The position numbers were made by a program, and so were the translations under genes. From an uncultured virus (IMG/VR IMGVR_UViG_3300028897_000592) (Duplodnaviria; Heunggongvirae; Uroviricota; Caudoviricetes), in the IMG/VR virus record IMGVR_UViG_3300028897_000592: DNA of 20,000 nt, one strand, 5' to 3'. How positions within the stretch are numbered: position 1 is the first letter of the stretch; every line of letters starts with the position of its first letter. Of the stretch, positions 1 to 7,360 are shown one piece after another. Below the pieces are notes generated by a model that saw only the letters and a list, made by a program, of their open reading frames with translations, did not search any database and was not told the origin of the DNA.

Positions 1-235
1 CATACCCTTGGATCTTCTTCAAAAACTTACTTAAAATGCCTCCCACTTCACAACCCGCATAAAAACAATGAAAAATCGGCGCCTCCAGAGAAATATAAAG
101 ATGATAATGAGGCTTTTGTTTTCCATACTCACACCAGGGGCAGGGTACAATTATGTTTTTTGAAGAAATCTTTATCTTGTCACCAAGATTTTCACGAAGA
201 AAATCTATAAAATTATCTTGATAAATACCTATCAT
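1..235 (-). CDS. DNA primase, N-terminal zinc-binding domain (partial, runs off window)
   Basis: Not in the ORF track. Translated by hand from ATG 235 (ATGA overlap with the upstream stop): MIGIYQDNFIDFLRENLGDKIKISSKNIIVPCPWCEYGKQKPHYHLYISLEAPIFHCFYAGCEVGGILSKFLKKIQGY. The CPxC...HCF..GC..GG pattern is typical of DnaG/T4 gp61-type primase Zn domains, and it lies near a clamp loader. Confidence 0.75.
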   Translation of the reverse strand, partial: MIGIYQDNFIDFLRENLGDKIKISSKNIIVPCPWCEYGKQKPHYHLYISLEAPIFHCFYAGCEVGGILSKFLKKIQGY

Positions 236-579
236 AAACCAATCCTCTGAACAAAAAGTGGAAGACCCAAATTAAATTTATGTCCACAATCAGCACATTT
301 TACATTAACAGCTGCTCCACCATGCGGACCTTCATAAAACTTTTTACTTCCACAATCGGGACAACACTTCTCTTTTGTCATTCTCTCCAATAAAACATCT
401 TCATCTGACTCAAGTTGGTCACATAATTTCGAACAATTAATACGTACTATACAATTTTTACATGGATATTTATGTTTCCCTACTTTACTTAAACTCTTAC
501 TTATTTTTGTTAAACTTCCATCTAAAGCTAAAGTTTTATTAGTTTTATTCCCGAAAAGTCTTCTAAAAATCTTCAGCAT
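232..579 (-). CDS. Cys-rich hypothetical protein with C-terminal Zn-ribbon
   Basis: 115 aa. PCKNC-x5-C-x3-C cluster followed by CPDC...CADC. GAGGGA RBS upstream. Confidence 0.7.
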   Translation of the reverse strand: MLKIFRRLFGNKTNKTLALDGSLTKISKSLSKVGKHKYPCKNCIVRINCSKLCDQLESDEDVLLERMTKEKCCPDCGSKKFYEGPHGGAAVNVKCADCGHKFNLGLPLFVQRIGL

Positions 580-609
580 TTTTCCCTCATAATCTACTAA
601 TATCTCTTT

Positions 610-942
610 TCATTTTTTTATTCCTCTCAAATAAGTTACCCAATCCACAATTCCTTTATAGTTACATATCTCGCAACCATTCCCATTACAATTTCTACAA
701 ACAAATAGAAGATCTTTATGACACTTCTGTTTATAACCAGTTCCATTACAAAGTTCACAAAATCTTCCATCCCAAGAATAACCACCTTCTCCATAAAGTT
801 TACTAACTCCTTGAAGTCCAGTACCTTCACACATCTCACATTTCTCTAGTTCTACTTCACATCTTTTAGAAAGTTCTTGGAGAAACTCATATATCCTGTT
901 TGCCCTCAGTTCTTCGTCTCTTCCCAAACGTTTACCAATCAT
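610..942 (-). CDS. DnaJ-type zinc-finger (CxxCxGxG repeat) protein without J domain
   Basis: CEMCEGTG, CELCNGTG, CRNCNGNG, CEICNYKG. ATGA overlap with the clamp-loader stop. Confidence 0.75.
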   Translation of the reverse strand: MIGKRLGRDEELRANRIYEFLQELSKRCEVELEKCEMCEGTGLQGVSKLYGEGGYSWDGRFCELCNGTGYKQKCHKDLLFVCRNCNGNGCEICNYKGIVDWVTYLRGIKK

Positions 943-1925
943 TTCTTTAACATACTCCTCTTATAATCTTGTAGCACTTTAATAATCTCATATATCATCG
1001 CCATTACATGCATTTGTGGAACTAAACAACTACTATGACTATTAGCGAACTTATTTACAATTACTTTTACTGGAACAGGAAGTTTTTCTTTAAAAAATAA
1101 ATCCATATACAAATTCCTGAACTCTAATCCATTCTCGTCTAACAAACTAACTATTGAACTAATTGATTTACCAACTTTATAATTTTCACCTTTCTCAATA
1201 GAACTAATGATTTCAATAACAAACGACAATATCTTTCTTTCAGTAGTAATTATAAATTCACGATTGACTTTTAACTTTCCAGATATAGAATTCCTCTGTA
1301 ATGTATTTACTATTAAACGAACATCTGGGTAAAGATTATCAATAACAAACTTCAAGTCACTATTATCAAACTCAATATTTTCAGAAGTTAAAATTTTAGA
1401 ACAGTATTTATTTACAAACTCTACAGGAAGCTGTTTAAACGGATAAAGTTGAAATCTAGATTGAATAGGTTCAGGAATTTTAGATATATAGTTACAAGTA
1501 AAAATAAACCTCCCAGTTTTCTCAGAATACTTTCCTATAACTCCTCTTAAAGAAGAGAAACTATTACCTGTAAGATAATCAGCCTCGTCAATAAAAACTA
1601 CTCGATACTTATCCTGACCAGCTGGTGGCACTTTCAAAAATGGCTCAATCACATCATTAACAAAAGTTATACCTCTAGTCTCTTGAGCAGAACCGTTAAT
1701 CTCTAATACATTGTCCTCTTTATTAAAAATTGACCCATTCTTGGAACATAAAATTCTTGATAAAACTGTTTTCCCTCCACCAGGAGGACCATAAAACAGA
1801 AAGTTCAAAATTTCTTTTTTCTCAATCATTCTCTTAAAATCATTATAATAGTCTCCAGGTAAAACTAACTCTTCTAACTTTCTAGGTCTATATTTCTCCA
1901 CCCACAATACACTCAAAAATTCCAT
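939..1925 (-). CDS. Sliding-clamp loader AAA+ subunit (RFC small subunit / T4 gp44-like)
   Basis: LWVEKYRP (RFC box II), Walker A GPPGGGKT, LEINGS, Walker B IDEAD, FIFTCNY, PIQSRF (SRC-like arginine finger). AAGGAG RBS. Confidence 0.93.
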   Translation of the reverse strand: MEFLSVLWVEKYRPRKLEELVLPGDYYNDFKRMIEKKEILNFLFYGPPGGGKTVLSRILCSKNGSIFNKEDNVLEINGSAQETRGITFVNDVIEPFLKVPPAGQDKYRVVFIDEADYLTGNSFSSLRGVIGKYSEKTGRFIFTCNYISKIPEPIQSRFQLYPFKQLPVEFVNKYCSKILTSENIEFDNSDLKFVIDNLYPDVRLIVNTLQRNSISGKLKVNREFIITTERKILSFVIEIISSIEKGENYKVGKSISSIVSLLDENGLEFRNLYMDLFFKEKLPVPVKVIVNKFANSHSSCLVPQMHVMAMIYEIIKVLQDYKRSMLKK

Positions 1926-1937
1926 TGTTCTCCTTCT

Positions 1938-2210
1938 TTATTCTCTATACTTAAATTCTCTCGACTTCACATCAATCCATTTTTCATAACAATCTCCATG
2001 TTTACTATAAGTAACTATAATACAATATTCTTGAGCTCCGGCTTCATTTAACGCGTATTGTATTCGATCTACTTCAATTTCTGGATAAAAACATTGACAC
2101 CGAATAGATCCTTCATGATGACAAGAACTCATAGTATTAATACCAGCGTCTCTCAGTACTTTAACCCACTTTCTTACCCCAGATTCTAGCTCTTCATAAA
2201 AATCTTTCAT
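1938..2210 (-). CDS. hypothetical protein (phage-type, GINTMSSCHHEG motif)
   Basis: ORF track 1938..2249. ATG 2210 (MKDFYEEL) preferred because it follows a purine-rich GGGGAAG tract and avoids overlap. Confidence 0.6.
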   Translation of the reverse strand: MKDFYEELESGVRKWVKVLRDAGINTMSSCHHEGSIRCQCFYPEIEVDRIQYALNEAGAQEYCIIVTYSKHGDCYEKWIDVKSREFKYRE

Positions 2211-2233
2211 TCTCACTTCCCCTTTTTTATTTT

Positions 2234-2620
2234 TTAAACACGATAACATTCTGCAGAAAACAAAAAATGTAACTCCTGTTGAGTTTTCACAAAATCTTGT
2301 ATAATACCTTGTGTTCTCGACTCTTCAAACTTTTCATACGCATCTTTTCCACTTATTAATCGGTCTTTATCATACCAAAATGACTCTGCTACTTTAATAA
2401 CAACTGTCAATTTATTTAAGGACAGAACGACTCTAGCTACTAATTCTGGACGAACTGACACATGAAAAGAAACAGTTATAGTCTCTTCTTTTAAATTATA
2501 ATGAATTATTATCTTTTCGCCAAGAATAACAAAGCCGTCTTGATTCTCCATTTGATAATGGTCAAAGACCTCAATATTCATTTGTTTTAATTTTTCAACT
2601 ATTTGACTTACTAAATCCAA
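2234..2620 (-). CDS. hypothetical protein
   Basis: In-frame TTG at 2620 follows a strong AAGGAGGT RBS. The longer ORF-track start (2722) would run through the tRNA-like element. Confidence 0.7.
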   Translation of the reverse strand: MDLVSQIVEKLKQMNIEVFDHYQMENQDGFVILGEKIIIHYNLKEETITVSFHVSVRPELVARVVLSLNKLTVVIKVAESFWYDKDRLISGKDAYEKFEESRTQGIIQDFVKTQQELHFLFSAECYRV

Positions 2621-2637
2621 AATTACCTCCTTTTCTA

Positions 2638-2669
2638 TGTTAGAACCTTTTTGGTTATTTGTTCTAACA
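2638..2669. promoter_or_regulatory. 9-bp inverted repeat (TGTTAGAAC-N14-GTTCTAACA) overlapping a GAACAAA motif; candidate operator or hairpin
   Basis: Arms at 2638-2646 and 2661-2669, just upstream of the RBS of the 2620 gene. Confidence 0.4.
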
Positions 2670-2699
2670 GGAGGTTTTCTCATCCAAACCAAAAAAATA

Positions 2700-2758
2700 G
2701 GGGAGGTAGGAATTGAACCCACAATCAGCGACGTCTGACTGATTAACCTCTACTCCCC
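2700..2758 (-). ncRNA. Miniature tRNA-like element (acceptor stem + T-arm, no D-arm), followed by a U-tract
   Basis: Minus strand GGGGAG TAGAGGTT AATCAG TCAGACGTCG CTGATT GTGGG TTCAATT CCTAC CTCCCC then TATTTTTTT. Shows a 6-bp acceptor-like stem, a 5-bp T stem with TTCAATT loop and a 6-bp central stem. No encoded CCA. Confidence 0.55.
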
Positions 2759-2765
2759 AATTTTA

Positions 2766-2981
2766 TTACCATTCAATATTCGCCCAGTAATGAACATACT
2801 CTTCGTAAGTAGGTTCAACACACTCTTCAACATTAATAAAGAAGGGTTCTTCTTCGTATCCTCTTACTCTAATCATACCATCTTCAAAACTAGTATCATT
2901 ATGTAAATCAGGTTGAAAGGAAACAATTCCAAATCGCGGATGTTTCAAAACGTCTGCAATAGCTATTTCGTCAGCTTTCAT
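2766..2981 (-). CDS. hypothetical protein
   Basis: 71-aa ORF with ATGA overlap to the upstream gene. Confidence 0.65.
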   Translation of the reverse strand: MKADEIAIADVLKHPRFGIVSFQPDLHNDTSFEDGMIRVRGYEEEPFFINVEECVEPTYEEYVHYWANIEW

Positions 2982-3220
2982 CTTTTCTTAACTTTCTTTT
3001 TATGTTTTTGTTGACCTGCCCTCTTCTTCGCAGAAGAAACCTTCTCCTCTACTTTCAAATGAGTAGCCATCGGACAGTCTCCAGAACGCCACTTAGTTTC
3101 AGGGTAGAGGTAGACAATACAATAATCTCCCTCTACCCCTTTAACAATCATCTTATTTATATTCTTACACCCAATACACTTTTCAACTACTGGCTGACGA
3201 TCATCAAGTTGTAGCTCCAT
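2978..3220 (-). CDS. PxxKW-family-like cysteine-rich protein
   Basis: From ATG 3220 (AGGAG RBS): MELQLDDRQPVVEKCIGCKNI...YCIVYLYPETKWRSGDCPMATHLK... plus a Lys-rich tail. Matches the VEKCxGC / CxxY..PxxKW / C..ATH pattern. Confidence 0.75.
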   Translation of the reverse strand: MELQLDDRQPVVEKCIGCKNINKMIVKGVEGDYCIVYLYPETKWRSGDCPMATHLKVEEKVSSAKKRAGQQKHKKKVKKR

Positions 3221-3488
3221 CCGACTTTCTCCTATATCGAACTCCATGATTTTGCATTGCCCGACATAAGATTGTCGCCATCTTACGAAGGTCTTCCAAA
3301 CATTCTTCTGGTACATCCGAGTCAACAGTATTATCAGTTCTCCGATAATGTTCGTCAAATTGATTAAGATATGAACGTAAAAGAGAAATCTCACCTGTTG
3401 TTGGTAGATTCTCCGACTTTGGCCACGTAATTTTTTGATACCGTCTTTCCCCATCAATAGCAGTAAAAACTTCTATTAACTCTTCCAT
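3204..3488 (-). CDS. small all-helical phage protein, possibly MazG/NTP-pyrophosphatase-like fold
   Basis: 94 aa, GGAGG RBS. IDGERRYQ...W and LRKMATILCRAMQNHG resemble phage MazG-like helical proteins; fold is inference. Confidence 0.55.
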   Translation of the reverse strand: MEELIEVFTAIDGERRYQKITWPKSENLPTTGEISLLRSYLNQFDEHYRRTDNTVDSDVPEECLEDLRKMATILCRAMQNHGVRYRRKSDGATT

Positions 3489-3497
3489 TGGTTCCTC

Positions 3498-3641
3498 CTA
3501 AATTTCATTATTTTCTTCTAATTCTTTAAATTCTGTTCCACATACCTCACAGAAAGTACCTTCTTCCGTAACTTTATGTGGAGTCCAATCATCACATTTT
3601 GAACATTCCTCATAAATAATTTCTTCTGTAAGTTTATTCAT
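3498..3641 (-). CDS. 47-aa zinc-ribbon protein
   Basis: Hand translation: MNKLTEEIIYEECSKCDDWTPHKVTEEGTFCEVCGTEFKELEENNEI. CxxC...H...CxxCG, AAGGA RBS, fills the gap between neighbours. Confidence 0.7.
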   Translation of the reverse strand: MNKLTEEIIYEECSKCDDWTPHKVTEEGTFCEVCGTEFKELEENNEI

Positions 3642-3834
3642 AAGTTCCTTCACACTTTCTCCTTTCATACATAAGACATATTAAACAAGTAAGTGGTGTA
3701 GTTGCATCTATTTTTTCCCAAAATAATCCACTTCTTTTTCCACATACACATAAATAGAACAATCCAAGTTTATCTTTTCTTCTTTTATCTAATAAATGTA
3801 TTGTATTATCATATGGATCTAGTATTTTCTCCAT
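3634..3834 (-). CDS. small Cys-rich hypothetical protein
   Basis: ATG 3834 after GGAGGA. H...CVCG...CLIC motif. Confidence 0.6.
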   Translation of the reverse strand: MEKILDPYDNTIHLLDKRRKDKLGLFYLCVCGKRSGLFWEKIDATTPLTCLICLMYERRKCEGTYE

Positions 3835-3846
3835 ATAATCCTCCAA

Positions 3847-4155
3847 TTAACAATTAATACATATTTCTTCAGTAGCTTCTACACTCCTAAAATCTATCAC
3901 TTCAAAGCGATATAATGATCCAGTTTCTGTTCTACATAAATATATCAACTTCTCGATGTCATCTCCTTCCCGATCAATTTTGACTACATTACTAGTAACT
4001 ATACTACGAATTGAAAGTGGTGATAAACCATCAGCTATCATTTGAATTGGTTTCCCTTCTTCGGGAAGATATAGAGCTGTCCCCCTAACTTCTGAGGTCC
4101 GTAATCTTTGTCCTCCTTCTATCCTTTTTAAATCAACTAGATATACAGTTTCCAT
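3847..4155 (-). CDS. hypothetical protein
   Basis: ATG 4155 (METVYLVDL) after AAGGAG. Similar to small phage beta-proteins ending TETGSLYRF. Confidence 0.65.
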   Translation of the reverse strand: METVYLVDLKRIEGGQRLRTSEVRGTALYLPEEGKPIQMIADGLSPLSIRSIVTSNVVKIDREGDDIEKLIYLCRTETGSLYRFEVIDFRSVEATEEICINC

Positions 4156-4156
4156 A

Positions 4157-4564
4157 CTACTCCTTACCATAAAATTCGATCTTAACAGAATTAAGAAAAT
4201 CTTTAACCGCTTGTAAAACCTCAATTTCTTCAACATAAAGATCATAATTTTTATTCATAACCTCTTTATAACTTTCTGGATAATTACATAATTTCTCAGG
4301 ATTCCAAATCCAAAAAAGAAATACCATCTTATTATAATTGTATTGAACTTCAGAAAAATAATGTTCAAGATCTTTCTGAAATTTTTCATCATTAAATAAA
4401 TAATCATTATTAAGTACTTTAATATTCAAAAAGGGTCCTACTTTATGAGAATATTCTGTTCTCCTCTTAAACACCCATATAACTCGTATCATTAAAAAAG
4501 TAAATACAGGAATACAAGATAAACAAAAGTAAAATCCAAATAAACTAAATAAACTAAACATCAT
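4157..4564 (-). CDS. membrane-anchored hypothetical protein
   Basis: 135 aa with a hydrophobic N-terminal ~30 aa. AAGGAGG RBS. Confidence 0.65.
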   Translation of the reverse strand: MMFSLFSLFGFYFCLSCIPVFTFLMIRVIWVFKRRTEYSHKVGPFLNIKVLNNDYLFNDEKFQKDLEHYFSEVQYNYNKMVFLFWIWNPEKLCNYPESYKEVMNKNYDLYVEEIEVLQAVKDFLNSVKIEFYGKE

Positions 4565-4734
4565 TCCTCCTTATATCTAAGTATAACTTCCTCCCGCACA
4601 TCTTGTGGTAGTTTTGCCAATTCTACAAGAGTTGCTCGTAATACTTCTTTAATTTGAGCAATATTTACTTGTACCTTCTTACCTTCTTTCTCAGCGATCT
4701 TCTGGGCGAACTCATTTAGATTTATTCTTTCCAT
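4561..4734 (-). CDS. 57-aa helical protein resembling the N-terminal helices of HU/IHF
   Basis: Hand translation: MERINLNEFAQKIAEKEGKKVQVNIAQIKEVLRATLVELAKLPQDVREEVILRYKEE. AAAGGAG RBS, ATGA-type coupling to the next gene. Confidence 0.6.
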   Translation of the reverse strand: MERINLNEFAQKIAEKEGKKVQVNIAQIKEVLRATLVELAKLPQDVREEVILRYKEE

Positions 4735-5002
4735 TTTCTACTCCTTTCAAAAAATTGTTGATCTTTGTTTTTACAGAAATAGCAGCCTGTTTTACCATGT
4801 GAGCTTCTCGTGGATTCTCTCGTATTTTAAGATTTATAAACCTATCTCCTTCTTTTAAAGCTGCTTCTAATTGAATATGACCTATAGACCCTTTCATTTG
4901 TTCTACATCTATTACTTTAGACATTATATCAAATATTTCTTTCTCGATTTCAGCTCGTTTTAGTGTCGCTTTTTCTTTCCTTTCTTTCCTACTTACTTTC
5001 AT
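4712..5002 (-). CDS. basic hypothetical protein
   Basis: 96-aa ORF, GAGGGA RBS. Confidence 0.65.
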   Translation of the reverse strand: MKVSRKERKEKATLKRAEIEKEIFDIMSKVIDVEQMKGSIGHIQLEAALKEGDRFINLKIRENPREAHMVKQAAISVKTKINNFLKGVENGKNKSK

Positions 5003-5017
5003 AATCTTATTCCCTCA

Positions 5018-6265
5018 CTAATAATAATCAGATATAACAAAAAGTTTCTCCTTTGCTCTAGTTACTGCAGTATACAACCAACGTCTATAAAATTCATCAT
5101 CCCAGTAACGTGACCTCTGTTCGAACAAAACAACACGAGACCACTCAGATCCCTGAGATTTATGAACACTAATTGTATAACCAAAGTCAAAAAAATCAAT
5201 ATTTCCAAAGTTCGTTCCTTTTAAAAATTTCTTTACTTCATTTTTATTGAACTTTTCTTTATCAAACATAACATCATAATTTTCCACTCCAAAACATGAC
5301 ATATTAACAAGACCCTCATATGGTTCATTCATCCCGTCTATCTGAACAGTCATTCTCCAATTATTTTTATTATGAGGCATCACCCACATAAGAGTACCGA
5401 TTTGTCCATTCATTATTTTTGTGTAATGATTATTTTTCAAACAAATGATCCGTTCTCCTGGATATGGTTCTTCTTTAACAAAATCTAAACGGTTACGAAT
5501 AATATGATTTAAAGCAACACGGGATTTATTAAATCCACAAAGAACAATGATCGAATCATCAAACTCGATATTATCCCATATTGTTTTACATCTATCATAT
5601 TTCCAACTTAGTTTAAAAACCTCTTTTGAAAATATTTTATAAGGAATGAACCCTTTTTCTCTAATAAATGAAGATAAAGAAATAATAGGAGATGAACTCG
5701 CTTGACGATATATTTTCTCAAGACGATAATCTGGCTTTTTCATTAGATTAAAATTATCATCTCCAACAGGCGGTAACTGACCATGGTCGCCAACAGCAAT
5801 TATAGGAATTCTAAAACTTAACAAATCACTCCATATTTCTTCTGATATCATAGAAGCTTCATCAATTAATATTAGATCATAAACTCCTTCTAAATCTCGT
5901 TTTTCCCATCCAACTATTACTACCCGTTGTAGATCTTTATCAAATTTACAAATGGGTTTATATATCAGAGAATGTATAGTCCCCACATAATCATACTTAC
6001 GTATTGAATTAGACTCTTCTAATCTTGCTTTTAATACAGAAGATGCTTTTCCGGTAAATGTAACAAAAGCTACACATGTATATTTATTTCCTAATAAATC
6101 ATTGAATCTTTTTCTTATCTCACCTATAAGAAATGTCTTTCCAGTTCCAGCATAACCACCAATAGTTGTAAAATTATTATATATAAAGGGTGAATTTGGT
6201 ACTACTTCCCTTAACCATTCCATAATTTTATCACATATTTTTTCTTGTTCTTCTGTTAAGTCCAT
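5018..6265 (-). CDS. dda: SF1B ATP-dependent DNA helicase (Dda/RecD-like)
   Basis: LTEEQ (Q motif), GYAGTGKT, FTGKAS, TIHSLIY, IDEASMI, GDHGQLPPV, IYRQ, ICLKN, ISVHKSQGSEW, RWLYTAVTRAK. Confidence 0.9.
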   Translation of the reverse strand: MDLTEEQEKICDKIMEWLREVVPNSPFIYNNFTTIGGYAGTGKTFLIGEIRKRFNDLLGNKYTCVAFVTFTGKASSVLKARLEESNSIRKYDYVGTIHSLIYKPICKFDKDLQRVVIVGWEKRDLEGVYDLILIDEASMISEEIWSDLLSFRIPIIAVGDHGQLPPVGDDNFNLMKKPDYRLEKIYRQASSSPIISLSSFIREKGFIPYKIFSKEVFKLSWKYDRCKTIWDNIEFDDSIIVLCGFNKSRVALNHIIRNRLDFVKEEPYPGERIICLKNNHYTKIMNGQIGTLMWVMPHNKNNWRMTVQIDGMNEPYEGLVNMSCFGVENYDVMFDKEKFNKNEVKKFLKGTNFGNIDFFDFGYTISVHKSQGSEWSRVVLFEQRSRYWDDEFYRRWLYTAVTRAKEKLFVISDYY

Positions 6266-6268
6266 ATT

Positions 6269-6586
6269 TTACTCCGTATAATTTTCTAAAAGTTTTGTAA
6301 GTTCAATTGTTAGAAATCTCAATAATTTGTCTGTATCTTTGATACCCTTATTTTCTATTTGACTTACAAATATATTCTTTAGATCAGCGAAGAACTTCGT
6401 TAAATCTACCTTTCTTCCTCCTACTTCTGCTGGTGCATTAGGACATTTTTCTCCAGGTTTTAACGGAGGGTGAATTAATCCACATTCTGGACATGGTGAA
6501 AAAGTTGTCTTAACTCCATCTGGTGGAGTCGTAGATTGTATTTGAGATACCATTTTTTGAACTTTTACTTCCTCAGATAAAGTCAT
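6269..6586 (-). CDS. hypothetical protein with CPECGLIHPP...CP metal-binding motif
   Basis: 105 aa, GGAGG RBS. Confidence 0.7.
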   Translation of the reverse strand: MTLSEEVKVQKMVSQIQSTTPPDGVKTTFSPCPECGLIHPPLKPGEKCPNAPAEVGGRKVDLTKFFADLKNIFVSQIENKGIKDTDKLLRFLTIELTKLLENYTE

Positions 6587-6601
6587 TTTAGTTAACCTCC
6601 A

Positions 6602-6799
6602 TTATGAATGTCTTAGTTGTTTTATATATTTTTTCCAACAGTTTTTACAAATAGGCCCATGACCCTTCATTCGCTTTCCTATAAATTCTCCCTGAACACA
6701 ACAAAGAGATAATTCCGGAAAAGCTTTATAAAAAATATGAAGTTTTTGTACTTTTTTAGTGTAACCAAAAATATAACCTTCTTTTAGTTGAATCATCAT
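6602..6799 (-). CDS. small Zn-binding hypothetical protein
   Basis: 65 aa, AGGAG RBS. H...SLC...ICKNC motif. Confidence 0.6.
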   Translation of the reverse strand: MMIQLKEGYIFGYTKKVQKLHIFYKAFPELSLCCVQGEFIGKRMKGHGPICKNCWKKYIKQLRHS

Positions 6800-7059
6800 T
6801 TTCTCCTACATAATTGTTTGTTCCAGGAATTAAACAATAGTTTCTATTATCACTAAGTAATATATATAGATTGTAACCGATATAACCTAGAACAAATAAA
6901 TGAATTTGAATTAAAAATTAGATTCAATCTGGTATGGATTTACATCTATATATATAACCTATGTATCTAAATACTACATAAATAGATACTTAGAAAACGT
7001 AAGTTAGAACTGACAGAACTAAAAGAAAACTAGTAAGAACAAGGCCGTGGGCCCGTTCC

Positions 7060-7092
7060 AGTAGCGAGACGAGCGAAGCGAGGCGAGGTACT
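7060..7092 (+). other. GCGAAGC-capped ssDNA hairpin with tandem G.A pairs (ssi/primosome-assembly-site-like)
   Basis: AGTAGCGAGACGAGC-GAA-GCGAGGCGAGGTACT. A GC-rich island in AT-rich DNA. Confidence 0.5.
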
Positions 7093-7254
7093 AGTAAAGA
7101 TAATCTGTTAAGAACTAAAAAACCTTGGGAACTACTAGTGAAATAAAAATAGATAAATAAAGAAGAGATCTAGAACTTCTAAAACGATAGTTAATGTTAG
7201 TATCTCTTTTATATATAGTAATAGGGGGTCAAATTTTATTTCCACTTCCTACAA

Positions 7255-7310
7255 CAACAAGTTTTCGGGTCGTGACATCCCTTTGGGAGTCACTTCCCCT
7301 CCACTTGTTG
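7255..7310 (-). other. Long imperfect hairpin with purine-purine internal pairs
   Basis: Minus strand CAACAAGT GGAGGGGAA GTGAC TCCC AAA GGGA T GTCAC GACCCGAAA ACTTGTTG. Confidence 0.55.
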
Positions 7311-7360
7311 AATATATTAGATCTACAATAATCTCTTCTAATAATCTTCAAAAGGGAAAT

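Noticed and set aside
636..839. 67-aa alternative-frame ORF
   Set aside because: Fully nested in the DnaJ-type Zn-finger gene, which has clear motifs.
939..1925. Archaeal or eukaryotic chromosome origin suggested by the RFC-like gene
   Set aside because: Strong Shine-Dalgarno sites, Dda-like helicase, gp61/DnaG-type primase and many tiny orphans fit a large phage better. An archaeal virus cannot be fully excluded.
2643..2664. LexA (GAAC-N4-GTTC) box
   Set aside because: The spacer is 14 nt, not 4.
2621..2722. N-terminal extension MGSIPTSP... of the 162-aa ORF
   Set aside because: It translates the tRNA-like T-arm and U-tract. A strong RBS supports TTG 2620 instead.
2700..2758. Call as a functional canonical tRNA
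   Set aside because: No D-arm, no canonical 7-nt anticodon loop with U33, only 6 acceptor pairs, no CCA.
3002..3457. Plus-strand ORF 3002..3214 and the long N-terminal extension of ORF 2978..3457
   Set aside because: The first is an antisense shadow. The extension overlaps the better-supported 3204..3488 gene.
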